Counted from the first letter of the stretch, positions 1 to 10,117 are shown. The stretch is 44,742 nucleotides of DNA from Actinomycetes bacterium (GCA_023457615.1 JAEWKY010000268.1:1-44742); one strand, 5' to 3'. Program-made: numbers and translations. The notes: a model not told the origin generated them from the letters alone.

Positions 1-264
1 CTCCGCGACCGCGGCGTCCGCGGGCGCGTCGAGCTCGAACGTCACGAGCGGGGCGCCGACGTCGACGGTGTCGCCCGCGGCGGCGTGCAGCTCGGCGATC
101 GTGCCCGCGAACGGCGAGGGCAGCTCGACGAGCGCCTTCGCGGTCTCGACCTCGGCGATCACCTGGTTGAGCTCGACCGTGTCGCCGACCGCGACCCGCC
201 ACGCGACGAGGTCGGACTCGGTCAGCCCCTCGCCGAGGTCGGGCAGCTGGAACTCGCGCTTCAC
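1..264 (-). CDS. 2-oxoacid dehydrogenase E2 (dihydrolipoamide acyltransferase), 5' part; runs off the window
   Basis: Not in the ORF track. GTG at 264 overlaps the E1-beta stop (GTGA). Translates [18 protein letters not shown]...[13 protein letters not shown], a lipoyl domain with the lipoyl-Lys. Confidence 0.92.
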   Translation of the reverse strand, partial: MKREFQLPDLGEGLTESDLVAWRVAVGDTVELNQVIAEVETAKALVELPSPFAGTIAELHAAAGDTVDVGAPLVTFELDAPADAAVAE

Positions 265-1262
265 GAGACCTCCACCGAGGCGCGTCCGAGCGCGCGATCG
301 ACGCCCTCGAGGAGGCGGTCGAGGTCGGGCAGGTGGTGCGACTCGACGCGCGCCGGCGGGTACGGGATGTCGTGGCCGGTCACGCGCACGGGTGCGGTCT
401 CGAGGTAGGCGAAGCACCGCTCCGTGATCGCCGCCGCGAGCTCCGCGCCGAGCCCGACGCTGCGCGGAGCCTCGTGCGCGATCACGACGCGGCCCGTGCG
501 GCGCACCGACGCGGCGACGGTGTCGAGGTCGATCGGCGAGAGCGAGCGCAGGTCGATGACCTCGACGCCCGTGCCCTCGTCCGCGGCGACCGCGGCGGCA
601 TCCAGGGCGGTGGTCACGAGCGCGCCGTAGGTGACGAGGGTCACGTCGTCGCCCATCGTGAGCACGCGCGCCCCCGCGAGCGGCGGGGCGTCGGCGAGAT
701 CGGTCTCGAGGTCGACGTCGCCCTTCACGTGGTAGCGGCGCTTGGGCTCGAAGAAGATCACCGGGTCGTCGCTCGCGATCGACTGCCGCAGCATCGTGTA
801 CGCGTCCTGGGGGTTCGACACCGTGACGACGCGCAGACCCGGGGTGTGCGCGAAGTACGCCTCGGGCGACTCGGAGTGGTGCTCGGCCGCGCCGATCCCC
901 CCGCCGACGGGGATGCGGATCGTGAGCGGCAGCCCGACGGCGCCGCGCGTGCGCGACCGCATCCGCGCCAGTTGCGACACGATCTGGTCGAAGGCGGGGA
1001 AGACGAAGCCGTCGAACTGGATCTCGCAGACCGGGCGGTAGCCGCGCATCGCGAGGCCGATCGCCGTGCCGATGATCGCCGACTCGGCGAGCGGGGTGTC
1101 GAGCACGCGGTCGGCGCCGAAGTCGCGCTGCAGGCCGTCGGTGATGCGGTAGACCCCGCCGAGGGTGCCGACGTCCTCGCCCATCACCATGACGCGCGGG
1201 TCGTCGGCGAGGCTGCGACGGAGGGCGGCGTTGAGCGAGGCGCCGAGGGTGAGCGTCGTCAT
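261..1262 (-). CDS. pdhB: pyruvate/branched-chain 2-oxoacid dehydrogenase E1 beta subunit
   Basis: C-terminal part of ORF 261..2375. MTTLTL start overlaps the E1-alpha stop (ATGA). Motifs [37 protein letters not shown]. Confidence 0.93.
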   Translation of the reverse strand: MTTLTLGASLNAALRRSLADDPRVMVMGEDVGTLGGVYRITDGLQRDFGADRVLDTPLAESAIIGTAIGLAMRGYRPVCEIQFDGFVFPAFDQIVSQLARMRSRTRGAVGLPLTIRIPVGGGIGAAEHHSESPEAYFAHTPGLRVVTVSNPQDAYTMLRQSIASDDPVIFFEPKRRYHVKGDVDLETDLADAPPLAGARVLTMGDDVTLVTYGALVTTALDAAAVAADEGTGVEVIDLRSLSPIDLDTVAASVRRTGRVVIAHEAPRSVGLGAELAAAITERCFAYLETAPVRVTGHDIPYPPARVESHHLPDLDRLLEGVDRALGRASVEVS

Positions 1263-2335
1263 GAGGTGAACCCCCGGAGGTAGTCGGCGTACTCGGCGCG
1301 CTGGCGGTCGAGCTCGGCGTGCGGACCGGCGTAGACGTGGTCGAAGATCGACAGCGGCTCGGGGTCTGCGATCGCCAGGCAGCCCGCGCGCAGCTCCGCG
1401 GCGGCCTCGGCCGCCTCCTCCTGCACCGCGGCCTCCTCGGCGTCGTCGAGCACTCCCGCGTCGCGCAGGTGGGTCGCGAGGCGCGCGAGGGGGTCGCGGT
1501 CGCGCCACGAGGCGAGCTCGGCGGCGTCCCGGTAGCGCGTCGGGTCGTCGGCGGTCGTGTGCGGGCCCATCCGGTAGGTCACGGCCTCGACGAACATCGG
1601 GCCCTCGCCGGCCCGGATGCGCGCGAGCGCCGCACGGGTCGCGGCGAGCACCGCGAGCACGTCGTTGCCGTCGACACGGATCGCCGGGATGCCGAAGCCG
1701 CTCGCGCGGTCGGCGATCGGCACCGTCGACTGGAGTCCGACGGGCTCGGAGATCGCCCACTGGTTGTTCTGGCAGAAGAAGAGCACGGGAGCGCGGAACG
1801 ACGCCGCGAAGACGAGGGCCTCGGAGACGTCGCCCTCGCTCGTCGCGCCGTCGCCGAAGTAGGTGATCGCGGCGGCGTCCGAGCCGTCCTGGCGGATGCC
1901 CATCGCGTAGCCCGTGGCGTGCAGCGACTGAGCGCCGATGATGACCTGGGGCGTCGCCATCCCGTGCTCGTAGGGGTCCCAGCCGGAGAGGGCCGCGCCG
2001 CGCCACGTGCGCACGAGGTCCTGCAGGCTCACCCCGCGCACCCAGGCGACGGCGTGCTCGCGGTAGCTGGAGAAGACGAAGTCGTCGTCGCGGAGGGCTC
2101 GGGCCGATCCGATCTGCGCCGCCTCCTGCCCGAGCAGCGGCGGCCACAGCGCGAGCTCGCCCTGCCGCTGGAGCGCGGTGGCCTCGGCGTCGAGCCGCCG
2201 CACGACGACGAGGTCGCGGTACAGGTCGCGCAGCTCGCCGGAGGTCAGGGCGGCGACGAACGGGTCGTACTCGGGCGACGCGATCCGCTGCCCGTGCTCG
2301 TCGAGGAGCCGGAGGGTCTGCGTCGTCGTCGACAT
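1259..2335 (-). CDS. pdhA: pyruvate/branched-chain 2-oxoacid dehydrogenase E1 alpha subunit (bkdA-like)
   Basis: ThDP motif GDGATSEGD...NNQWAIS and [15 protein letters not shown] at 2335 lies 6 nt after a TACGGT -10 hexamer. Confidence 0.93.
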   Translation of the reverse strand: MSTTTQTLRLLDEHGQRIASPEYDPFVAALTSGELRDLYRDLVVVRRLDAEATALQRQGELALWPPLLGQEAAQIGSARALRDDDFVFSSYREHAVAWVRGVSLQDLVRTWRGAALSGWDPYEHGMATPQVIIGAQSLHATGYAMGIRQDGSDAAAITYFGDGATSEGDVSEALVFAASFRAPVLFFCQNNQWAISEPVGLQSTVPIADRASGFGIPAIRVDGNDVLAVLAATRAALARIRAGEGPMFVEAVTYRMGPHTTADDPTRYRDAAELASWRDRDPLARLATHLRDAGVLDDAEEAAVQEEAAEAAAELRAGCLAIADPEPLSIFDHVYAGPHAELDRQRAEYADYLRGFTS

Positions 2336-2438
2336 GCCCGTACCGTAGGCACAGATCACCACATCGCCCAAGCACCCTGGATTGGAGCGTGCATTCTGCT
2401 CAATAGAAGCCGCATGCGAGGGTGCTAATCTGCGCAAC

Positions 2439-2927
2439 ATGCCCCGGTTCGATCCCGTCGACCTCGACCTGCTCCGCGCGCTCGCCGACGACCCGCGCGC
2501 CTCCTACGTCGCGCTCGCGGACCGCCTGGGCCTGTCGCGCAACACCGTGCAGGCGCGCATGCAGCAGCTCGAAGCCCGCGGGGCGTTCCTGTCGTTCGAC
2601 CGCCGCATCGACCCCCACGGCCTCGGCTACCCGCTGACGGCGTTCATCACCGTCGTCGTACGGCAGCGCGAGCTCGCCCGCATCGCCGAGGAGATGGCGG
2701 CGATCCCCGAGGTCGTGCAGGCGCACGGCATGAGCGGACCCTCCGACCTGCTCGCGATCGTGCTCTGCCGCGACACCGACGACCTCTTCCGCATCGACGC
2801 CCAGCTGCTCGCGATCGAGGGCGTCGTACGCACCGAGACGGCGCTCTCGATGGGGGAGCTCATCCCCTATCGCGTGCAGCCGCTCGTCGCCCAGGTGCGG
2901 CGCGAGCGAGGACGGCCGGAGGCCTGA
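2439..2927 (+). CDS. Lrp/AsnC family regulator (BkdR-like), divergent from the E1/E2 operon
   Basis: N-terminal HTH (DPRASYVALADRLGLSRNTVQARM) plus AsnC ligand domain. ATG lies 7 nt after TAATCT. Confidence 0.9.
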   Translation: MPRFDPVDLDLLRALADDPRASYVALADRLGLSRNTVQARMQQLEARGAFLSFDRRIDPHGLGYPLTAFITVVVRQRELARIAEEMAAIPEVVQAHGMSGPSDLLAIVLCRDTDDLFRIDAQLLAIEGVVRTETALSMGELIPYRVQPLVAQVRRERGRPEA

Positions 2928-2980
2928 TCCGGGGGTCAGCCCCAGGGCGACGTCCCTCCGACGCTGATTGGCTGGGACGC

Positions 2981-3706
2981 ATGAAGCCCCGCTACCTCGT
3001 CCTCGGCGCCGCCGCCGTGCTCGCCGCCGCCTCTCTCACCGGCTGTGCGCGCATCGTGCCGACCGGCCCGATGTCCTCCGAGTCGCCCGAGATCGACGGT
3101 GTCACGGCGGTCGAGCTCAACACGGCCGGCGACCTGACGATCACGCAGGGCGAGCCCGCGCTCACGATCCACGCGCGCGAAGGCGTGCTCGACATCCTCA
3201 CCGCCGACGTCGTCGACGGTGTGCTGAAGCTCGACCGTCGCCCCGGGCCGCTGCCCGTCAACTTCGGCGACGGCGACGTGCGCTACGAGCTCAGCCTGCC
3301 CTCGCTCGACGCGATCGAGGTGCACGGGGCCGGCGATGTGGACGCGGAGGTCGCCACCTCGTCCGGCGGCGAGCTGCGCATCGTGGTGACCGGTGCGGGC
3401 GACGTCGACGTCGACGGCATCGACGCCGAGACGGTGTCGATCAGCATCTCGGGCGTCGGCGACGTGGAGGTCTCGGGCGCCGCGCGGTCGCTCGCCGTCG
3501 CGATCGACGGCACCGGCGAGGTGGATGCCGACAACCTCGAGGTGGTGGACGCCGAGGTCGAGATCAGCGGCACGGGCGACGCGCACGTCTTCGCGAGCGG
3601 CACCCTGCGCGCCGACGTCTCGGGTCTCGGCACGGTGTACTACCGCGGCGGACCCGAGGTCGACGCCGACGTGTCGGGCCTCGGCGAGGTCGTCGAGGAC
3701 GAGTGA
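2981..3706 (+). CDS. lipoprotein with head-GIN/DUF2807-like beta-solenoid repeats
   Basis: Signal peptide with lipobox LTGC. Repeated ISGxGDV/GAGDV units. Confidence 0.8.
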   Translation: MKPRYLVLGAAAVLAAASLTGCARIVPTGPMSSESPEIDGVTAVELNTAGDLTITQGEPALTIHAREGVLDILTADVVDGVLKLDRRPGPLPVNFGDGDVRYELSLPSLDAIEVHGAGDVDAEVATSSGGELRIVVTGAGDVDVDGIDAETVSISISGVGDVEVSGAARSLAVAIDGTGEVDADNLEVVDAEVEISGTGDAHVFASGTLRADVSGLGTVYYRGGPEVDADVSGLGEVVEDE

Positions 3707-3715
3707 CCCCGCCCG

Positions 3716-3773
3716 CCGCGGGTCGAGTGCCGCGCGCAGCGCGGTGTATCGAGACCGGGCACTCAACCCGCGG
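3716..3773. repeat. REP-like element: one full copy plus an inverted half copy
   Basis: CCGCGGGTCGAGTGCC-GCGCgcaGCGC-GGTGTATCGAGACC followed by GGCACTCAACCCGCGG. Homologous to the copies at 6546-6649 and 37773-37813. Confidence 0.85.
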
Positions 3774-4527
3774 GGGCGTCGTCCGAGAGGTCGATGGGCT
3801 CGAGGGCGTAGCCGGCGGTGTACTTGCGCTTCGGGTCGAGCTCGTCGATGAGCGCGACGAGGGCGCGCTGGATGTCGGCGAGCCGCCGCACCTCGCCCTT
3901 CGAGACGAGCGCCATCCCCGCGTCGATCGAGGTGAACCACGCGCGGAACTCCTCGTCGTGGCGGTAGCGCTTCACGAACGCCGCGTAGCCCGACACGTGC
4001 GGGATGCGCACCGCCGTCTCGGGGATCGTCTCCCACGTGAGCATGAGCTCGCCGATCGCCCGCTGCTCGGTCGTGAAGAACAGGAAGCCCTCCGAGTCCT
4101 CGCTCCGGCGCAGCACCTTGAGCACGTCGTCGATGAGCCGCTGCACCGCGATGTCGCGACCGCCCTCGCCGCTCGAGGAGAGCACCGCCTGGCGGCGCGC
4201 CTCGATCCAGCCGAAGTAGTGCGCGAACAGGAAGGCGGTCGAGGCGGTCGCGTAGTCTCCGTGGCTCTCGTAGCGCCTCTGCATCCCGATCCAGCCGGTC
4301 TCGACGATGTTGAAGATGCGCGACTGCAGCTCGGCGGCCGACTGCGCGAGCGGCTCGTACACGCGCTCGGCGGCCTTGAGCGCGGACTGCTCCTCCTGCC
4401 GGGCCTCGCGCTCGGCATCCAGCTCGTGGCTGAGCCGCTGGGTGCGCACCGAGAAGAGCCCCGTCACGACGACGCTCGCGACGCTCAGCAGCAGCGCGAC
4501 GATCGTGAGGACCGACTGCGAATCCAT
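3763..4527 (-). CDS. hypothetical protein with N-terminal TM helix and coiled coil
   Basis: 254 aa with typical codon usage. ATG lies 6 nt after TAGGGT. No catalytic family recognised. Confidence 0.8.
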   Translation of the reverse strand: MDSQSVLTIVALLLSVASVVVTGLFSVRTQRLSHELDAEREARQEEQSALKAAERVYEPLAQSAAELQSRIFNIVETGWIGMQRRYESHGDYATASTAFLFAHYFGWIEARRQAVLSSSGEGGRDIAVQRLIDDVLKVLRRSEDSEGFLFFTTEQRAIGELMLTWETIPETAVRIPHVSGYAAFVKRYRHDEEFRAWFTSIDAGMALVSKGEVRRLADIQRALVALIDELDPKRKYTAGYALEPIDLSDDAPAG

Positions 4528-4548
4528 GGGGAAACCCTAGGGGTCGCC

Positions 4549-5376
4549 TCAGTCGACGACGACCTCCGCGACACGCTCGAGGTAGCCGAGGTCGTGGTGG
4601 TCGAGGAACTGCAGATACAGCCTGTCGACGCCGAGGTCGCGGGCGTGGGCGACCTTCGCGGCGACCTCCGGCAGCGGGATGCCCCGGCCGAGCGACTTCA
4701 CGACCGAGTAGCGCAGGTCCTGCGGGTCGCGTCCCTCGGCTTCCGCGGCGGCGCGCACGGCGGCGAACTGCGCGGCCGCGACCGACGGCTCGCGGTCGAA
4801 GAAGTTGTACTCGGTCGCGAATCGCGCGGCGAGCGACGGCGTCTTGGCCGGCCCGCCGCCCCCGACGATGATCGGCACGCGCGTCTGCACGGGCTTCGGG
4901 ATCGCTGGCGCCGCCTCGAGCCGGTAGTGCTCGCCCGCGAAGTCGAACGGCCCGTCCGCGGCCCAGAGCCCGGTGATGACGGCCAGCTGCTCCTCGAGCG
5001 GCCCGAAGCGCCTCGCCGGGAACGGGATGCCGTACGCCGTGTGCTCCGCCTCGTTCCAGCCCGCGCCGAGGCCCAGTTCGACCCGCCCGTCCGACATCGC
5101 GTCGACGTTGGCGACCTGGATGGCGAGCACCGCGGGGTGCCGGAAGGTCGCCGACGACACGAGGGTGCCGAGCCGGATGCGCGTCGTCTCGCGCGCGAGC
5201 CCGGCCAGGATCGTCCACGAGTCGCTCGGCCCGGGCATCCCGTCGCCCGCGAAGGCGAGGTAATGATCGGACCGGAAGAAGCCGTGGAAGCCGAGCTCCT
5301 CGGTCGCGCGCGCGAACGCGAGCTGGTCGTCGTAGGTCGCGCCGTTCTGCGGCTCGATGAACGTGCAGATCTCCAC
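4549..5376 (-). CDS. LLM-class (luciferase-like) flavin/F420-dependent oxidoreductase
   Basis: GFFRSDHY, LARETTRIRLGTLVSSATFRHP, GRVELGLGAGW. GTG at 5376 chosen from GGAGG spacing; alternative ATG at 5385. Confidence 0.88.
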   Translation of the reverse strand: MEICTFIEPQNGATYDDQLAFARATEELGFHGFFRSDHYLAFAGDGMPGPSDSWTILAGLARETTRIRLGTLVSSATFRHPAVLAIQVANVDAMSDGRVELGLGAGWNEAEHTAYGIPFPARRFGPLEEQLAVITGLWAADGPFDFAGEHYRLEAAPAIPKPVQTRVPIIVGGGGPAKTPSLAARFATEYNFFDREPSVAAAQFAAVRAAAEAEGRDPQDLRYSVVKSLGRGIPLPEVAAKVAHARDLGVDRLYLQFLDHHDLGYLERVAEVVVD

Positions 5377-5412
5377 GGCATCCATCCTCCCCCGTTCGCG
5401 CGGCCGGGTTTG

Positions 5413-5431
5413 TAAGGCGAGCCTTACCTGC
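5413..5431. promoter_or_regulatory. DtxR/IdeR iron box
   Basis: TAAGGCGAGCCTTACCTGC matches TWAGGTWAGSCTWACCTWA at 15/19. Abuts the TAGGCT -10 (5433-5438) of the heme-binding protein gene. Confidence 0.8.
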
Positions 5432-5444
5432 GTAGGCTCGGGGC

Positions 5445-6539
5445 GTGACCCGACGCGCCCTCGCCGTGCTGGCCGGCGCCCTCCTCGCGGCGCTCGTCGG
5501 CTGCGCCGCCCCGGTGGGACCCGGTGGGGGCACCCCGGAGCCGACGGTGGCCGACGGCCGACCCCTCGCGGAGCTCGACCTCGTCGCCGACCCGCGGGCT
5601 CACGTCGGCGCGAGCAGCGCCGTGCTGGCCTCCGAGGCGATCGAGCCGATCGACGCCGACCCCGCGCAGACGCTGCCGGCGACGGTCGTCTCGCGCGACC
5701 CGGGCGGCGACACCGAGGTCGTCGTCGACGACACCTCGCGCGTGATCGCGCTCGACATGGCGGGCTCGATCGCCGCGACGGTGTGGGGCCTCGGCCTCGG
5801 CGAGACGCTCGTCGGCCGCGACATCTCGACGACGTTCCCGGGCGCCGCCGACCTGCCCGTCGTCACGAGCGGCGGCCACGCGATCGACGCCGAGAGCATC
5901 CTCGTGCAACGGCCGACCCTGATCGTCACCGACGGCAGCATCGGGCCGCGCGACGTGCTCGTGCAGCTGCGCGAGGCGGGCGTGACCGTCGTCTTCGTCG
6001 ACAACGACCCGTCGTTCGACGGCGCCGCCCAGCTCGCGCGCGACGTCGCCGCGGCGCTCGGGGTGACCGGCAGCGGCGAGCTGCTCGCCGAGCGCATCAC
6101 CGCCGACGTGGAGGCGAAGATCGCCGAGATCGCCGCCGTCGCGCCGACCGCGGCGTCGGACCGGGTGCGGATGATCTTCCTCTACCTGCGCGGCGGCTCG
6201 GGCATCTACTACCTCTTCGGCGAGGAGTCGGGCACCGACGACCTCATCCGGGGCCTCGCCGGGGTGGATGTCGCGGGCGAGATCGGCTGGACGGGGCTGC
6301 AGCCGATGACCGACGAGGCGATCATCGCGGCGAATCCCGACCTCATCCTCGTCATGACCGACGGCATCGCCTCGGCGGGCGGCGTCGAGGGACTGCTCGC
6401 GGCGAAGCCCGCGATCGCGCTCACCGCGGCGGGGCAGCACGAGCGGTTCGTCGACATGGCGGATGGCGACATCCTCTCCTTCGGCCCGCGCTCCGCCGCG
6501 GTTCTGGATGCTCTCGCCCGCGCGATCTACGCGCCCTAG
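5445..6539 (+). CDS. hmuT: heme/hemin ABC transporter substrate-binding lipoprotein (HmuT-like)
   Basis: Lipobox LVGC and Peripla_BP_2-type fold. VTSGGH and final FGPRS resemble corynebacterial HmuT. Iron box upstream. Confidence 0.8.
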   Translation: MTRRALAVLAGALLAALVGCAAPVGPGGGTPEPTVADGRPLAELDLVADPRAHVGASSAVLASEAIEPIDADPAQTLPATVVSRDPGGDTEVVVDDTSRVIALDMAGSIAATVWGLGLGETLVGRDISTTFPGAADLPVVTSGGHAIDAESILVQRPTLIVTDGSIGPRDVLVQLREAGVTVVFVDNDPSFDGAAQLARDVAAALGVTGSGELLAERITADVEAKIAEIAAVAPTAASDRVRMIFLYLRGGSGIYYLFGEESGTDDLIRGLAGVDVAGEIGWTGLQPMTDEAIIAANPDLILVMTDGIASAGGVEGLLAAKPAIALTAAGQHERFVDMADGDILSFGPRSAAVLDALARAIYAP

Positions 6540-6545
6540 CCCTGC

Positions 6546-6649
6546 CCGTGGGTTGAGTGCCGCGCAGAGCGCGGTGTATCGAAACCCCGCGACGAGTTGC
6601 CCGGGGGCGGTTTCGATACACCCGGCTGCGCCGGGCACTCAACCCGCGG
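6546..6649. repeat. inverted doublet of the REP-like element between convergent hmuT and rhaB
   Basis: Copy A 6546-6586 (GGGTTGAGTGCC..GGTGTATCGAAACC) and inverted copy B 6609-6649, 22-nt linker. Confidence 0.9.
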
Positions 6650-8069
6650 ACGGCTCGTACCTGCGGGGAGGGAAGGCCTTCGCGACGAGAGCCCGCAGCG
6701 CCTCGAGGTCGCCGGAGACGAACCCCTGCGCGCGGGCCTGCACGAGCACGTTGCCGATCGCCGTGGCCTCGACGGGACCGGCGAGCACGGGCAGCCCGGT
6801 CGCGTCGGCGGTGAGCTGGCAGAGCAGTTCGTTGAGCGACCCGCCGCCGACGAGGTGCACGACGTCGACCCGGTGACCGCTGAGCGCGGCCGCATCCCGG
6901 ATCGACGTCGCGTAGGCGGCGGCGAGCGACTCGAGGATGCTGCGCACGAGCTCCGGACGCGTCGCCGGCACGGGCAGGTCGTGCGCCGTGAGCCACGCCG
7001 CGATCCGCGCGGGCATGTCGCCGGGCGCGAGGAACGTCTCGTCGTCGGCGTCGAAGATCGGCACCTTCGCGGTGACCGAGGCGGCCTGCCCGAGCAGCGC
7101 GGGCAGCGAGATCGACGTGCCGTCGCGCTCCCAGTCGCGGATCGACTCCGTGAGCAGCCACAGCCCCATGACGTTGTGCAGGTAGCGCACGCGTCCGTCG
7201 ACGCCGCCCTCGTTGGTGAAGTTCGCCGCGCGGCTCGCGTCGGAGAGCACGGGCTCCTCGAGCTCGATCCCGACGAGCGACCACGTGCCGCACGACACGT
7301 ACGCGTAGTTCGTGCCCGTGGCGGGGATGGCCACGATCGCCGACGCCGTGTCGTGGGTGCCGACGGCCGTCACGACGGCGGGGGTGTCGCCGATGCCGCG
7401 CACGGCCGACGGGGCGAGCCCGCCGAGCTCGGTGCCGGCATCCACGAGCTCGGGGAAGAGCGCGGCCGGCAGGTCGAGTCGGGAGGCCAGCTCGAGATCC
7501 CAGGCGCCGGTCTCGACCGAGAGCAGCCCCGTCGTCGAGGCGTTGGTGCGCTCGGCGACGGCGCGTCCGGTGAGCCAGTAGGCGAAGAGGTCGGGGATGA
7601 GCAGGAAGGAGTCCGCGATCTCGAGCGTGCCGCCGAGCCTGTCGGCGGTGAGCTGGAACAGGGTGTTGAACGGCAGGTGCTGCAGGCCGTTGCGGCGGTA
7701 CAGCTCCTCGGGCGGCACGCGGGCGTGCACCTCCGCGACCGCGGCGGCGTTGCGTTCGTCGCGGTACGAGTAGGGGGCGTTGACGAGCCGCCCGTTCCGC
7801 AGCAGACCGTAGTCGACGGCCCAGGAGTCGATCCCGATGCTCGCGAGCTGCGGCTCCTGGCGCACCGCGGCGGCGAGCCCCTCGACGAGGTCGCGGTAGA
7901 GCTCGAACGAGCTCCAGTGCAGGCCGTCGAGCGTGCGCACGGGCGAGTTGCGGAAGCGCGCGACGTCGGTGAGCCGCAGCTCGTCGTGTCCGACGTAGCC
8001 GAGCAGCACGCGGCCGCTCGTCGCGCCGAGGTCGACCGCCGCGACGGCGCCGCCGCTCCGGGTCGTCAT
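6639..8069 (-). CDS. rhaB: rhamnulokinase (FGGY family)
   Basis: AVDLGATSGR, GIDSWAVDYGL, HDTASA, FTNEGG, NVMGLW. Rhamnose operon context. Confidence 0.93.
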   Translation of the reverse strand: MTTRSGGAVAAVDLGATSGRVLLGYVGHDELRLTDVARFRNSPVRTLDGLHWSSFELYRDLVEGLAAAVRQEPQLASIGIDSWAVDYGLLRNGRLVNAPYSYRDERNAAAVAEVHARVPPEELYRRNGLQHLPFNTLFQLTADRLGGTLEIADSFLLIPDLFAYWLTGRAVAERTNASTTGLLSVETGAWDLELASRLDLPAALFPELVDAGTELGGLAPSAVRGIGDTPAVVTAVGTHDTASAIVAIPATGTNYAYVSCGTWSLVGIELEEPVLSDASRAANFTNEGGVDGRVRYLHNVMGLWLLTESIRDWERDGTSISLPALLGQAASVTAKVPIFDADDETFLAPGDMPARIAAWLTAHDLPVPATRPELVRSILESLAAAYATSIRDAAALSGHRVDVVHLVGGGSLNELLCQLTADATGLPVLAGPVEATAIGNVLVQARAQGFVSGDLEALRALVAKAFPPRRYEPSAG

Positions 8070-8076
8070 CTGCGCG

Positions 8077-10116
8077 TCATCGCAGGAACGCGGCCGCGAC
8101 GCCCGCGTCGACGGGGATGTGCAGCCCGGTCGTGTGCGACAGGTCGGGCCCGGTGAGCACCGAGACGGCGTTCGCGACGTTCTCGGGCAGCACCTCGCGC
8201 TTGAGGATCGTGCGCTGCGCGTAGAACTCGCCGAGACTCTCCTCGGGCACGCCGTAGGTCTTCGCGCGGTTGGCGCCCCAGCCCGAGGAGAAGATGCCCG
8301 AGCCGCGCACGACGCCGTCGGGGTTGATGCCGTTGACCTTGACGCCGTGCTCGCCGAGCTCGACCGCGAGCAGTCGCACCTGGTGCGCCTGGTCGGCCTT
8401 CGTCGCGGAGTAGGCGATGTTGTTCGGTCCCGCGAAGACCGAGTTCTTCGACGAGATGTAGATCACGTCGCCGCCCATCCCCTGCTCGATCAGGATCGGG
8501 GCCGTCGCCTTCGAGACGAGGAAGGAGCCCTTGGCCATGATGTCGTGCTGGAAGTCCCAGTCGGCCTCGGTCGTCTCGAGCAGCGGCTTGCTCAGCGAGA
8601 CCCCGGCGTTGTTGACGACGAGGTCGATCCCGCCGAACGCGAGCACGGCATCCTGCACCATCTTCTCGATCGCGGCGGCGTCGGTGACGTTCACGGCGAG
8701 GCCGACCGCGACATCGGTCGACCCGATCTCGGCGGCGGCGGCCTGGGCCTTCGCGAGGTCGAGGTCGGCGATGACGACGCAGGCTCCGTCGGCGGCGAGG
8801 CGGGTCGCGATGGCCTTGCCGATGCCGGATGCCGCGCCGGTGACGAGGGCGACGCGCGTCGCGTGCGACTTCGGCTTCGGCATCCGCTGCAGCTTCGCCT
8901 CCTCGAGCGACCAGTACTCGATCGCGAACTTCTCCGCGTCGGAGATGGGCGCGTAGCTCGAGATCGACTCGGCGCCGCGCATGACGTTGATCGCGTTGAC
9001 GTAGAACTCCCCGGCGACGCGCGCGGTCTGCTTGGTCGCGCCGTAGGAGAACATCCCGACGCCGGGTACCAGGATGACGAGCGGATCGGCGCCGCGCATC
9101 GCGGGGCTGTCCGCCGTCGCGTGCTTCTCGTAGTACGTCGTGTAGTCCTTGCGGTAGGCCTCGTGCAGCTCGGCGAGCCGCGTCTTCACCTTCTCGAGGT
9201 CGGCGTTCGCCGGCAGGTCGAGCAGCATCGGCGTGACCTTGGTGCGCAGGAAGTGGTCGGGGCAGCTCGTGCCCAGAGCCGCGAGCTGGGGGGCCTTCGC
9301 CGATGCGAGGAAGTCGAGCACGACGTCGGAGTCGTCGAAGTGGCCGACCATCGGCCGGTCGGAGCTCGCGATGCCGCGCAGGGTCGCGGCGAGGGCGGCC
9401 GCCTTCGCGCGACGCTCGGCCCTCGGCAGCGCGGCGTTCTTGGCGACCGGCCGCCCGAACGGGTTCTTCGATCCCTTCGCGGCGAGGTACTGCTCGGCGG
9501 TCTCGATGATCCAGAGGCTGTTCTCCTGGGCCTCGGCGCTTGTGCGACCCCACGCCGTGATGCCGTGCCCGCCCAGGATGACGCCGATCGCGGCGGGGTT
9601 CTTCGCCTGGATCTCCGCGATGTCGAGCCCGAGCTGGAAGCCCGGCCGACGCCACGGCACCCAGACGACCCGGTCGCCGAACGCCTTCCTCGTGAGCCTC
9701 TCGCCGTCCTTCGCGGTCGCGAACGCGATGCCGGCGTCGGGGTGCAGGTGGTCGACGTGCTCGGCGTCGACGAACGCGTGCAGGAAGGTGTCGATGCTCG
9801 GGGTCGCACCGCCGAGGCCGTGCCGGCAGTAGTCGAGCGCCGCGACCATCTCGTCCTCGCGCTCGACACCCGGGTACACGTTGCGCAAGGCCTCGACGCG
9901 GTCGAGCCGCAGCGTCGCGAGTCCGGCCTCGGTGAGGGTGCCGAGGTCGCCGCCGGAGCCCTTCACCCAGAGCAGTCGCACGTCCTCGCCCGTCACGGGG
10001 TCGGTCTCGACGCCCTTGCCCGACGTGTTGCCGCCGGCGTAGTTCGTGACGCGGGGGTCGGCGCCGAGCTCGTTGCTGCGGGCGAGGAGGTCGGTGACCG
10101 GGTTGCGCGGCGTCAT
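8077..10116 (-). CDS. rhaD: bifunctional rhamnulose-1-phosphate aldolase/short-chain dehydrogenase (RhaEW type)
   Basis: Class II aldolase N-domain (GGNTS, HLHPD, GHG) fused to an SDR domain (TGAASGIG, NNAG, YSATK). ATG at 10116 follows the rhaI stop. Confidence 0.92.
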   Translation of the reverse strand: MTPRNPVTDLLARSNELGADPRVTNYAGGNTSGKGVETDPVTGEDVRLLWVKGSGGDLGTLTEAGLATLRLDRVEALRNVYPGVEREDEMVAALDYCRHGLGGATPSIDTFLHAFVDAEHVDHLHPDAGIAFATAKDGERLTRKAFGDRVVWVPWRRPGFQLGLDIAEIQAKNPAAIGVILGGHGITAWGRTSAEAQENSLWIIETAEQYLAAKGSKNPFGRPVAKNAALPRAERRAKAAALAATLRGIASSDRPMVGHFDDSDVVLDFLASAKAPQLAALGTSCPDHFLRTKVTPMLLDLPANADLEKVKTRLAELHEAYRKDYTTYYEKHATADSPAMRGADPLVILVPGVGMFSYGATKQTARVAGEFYVNAINVMRGAESISSYAPISDAEKFAIEYWSLEEAKLQRMPKPKSHATRVALVTGAASGIGKAIATRLAADGACVVIADLDLAKAQAAAAEIGSTDVAVGLAVNVTDAAAIEKMVQDAVLAFGGIDLVVNNAGVSLSKPLLETTEADWDFQHDIMAKGSFLVSKATAPILIEQGMGGDVIYISSKNSVFAGPNNIAYSATKADQAHQVRLLAVELGEHGVKVNGINPDGVVRGSGIFSSGWGANRAKTYGVPEESLGEFYAQRTILKREVLPENVANAVSVLTGPDLSHTTGLHIPVDAGVAAAFLR

Positions 10117-10117
10117 C

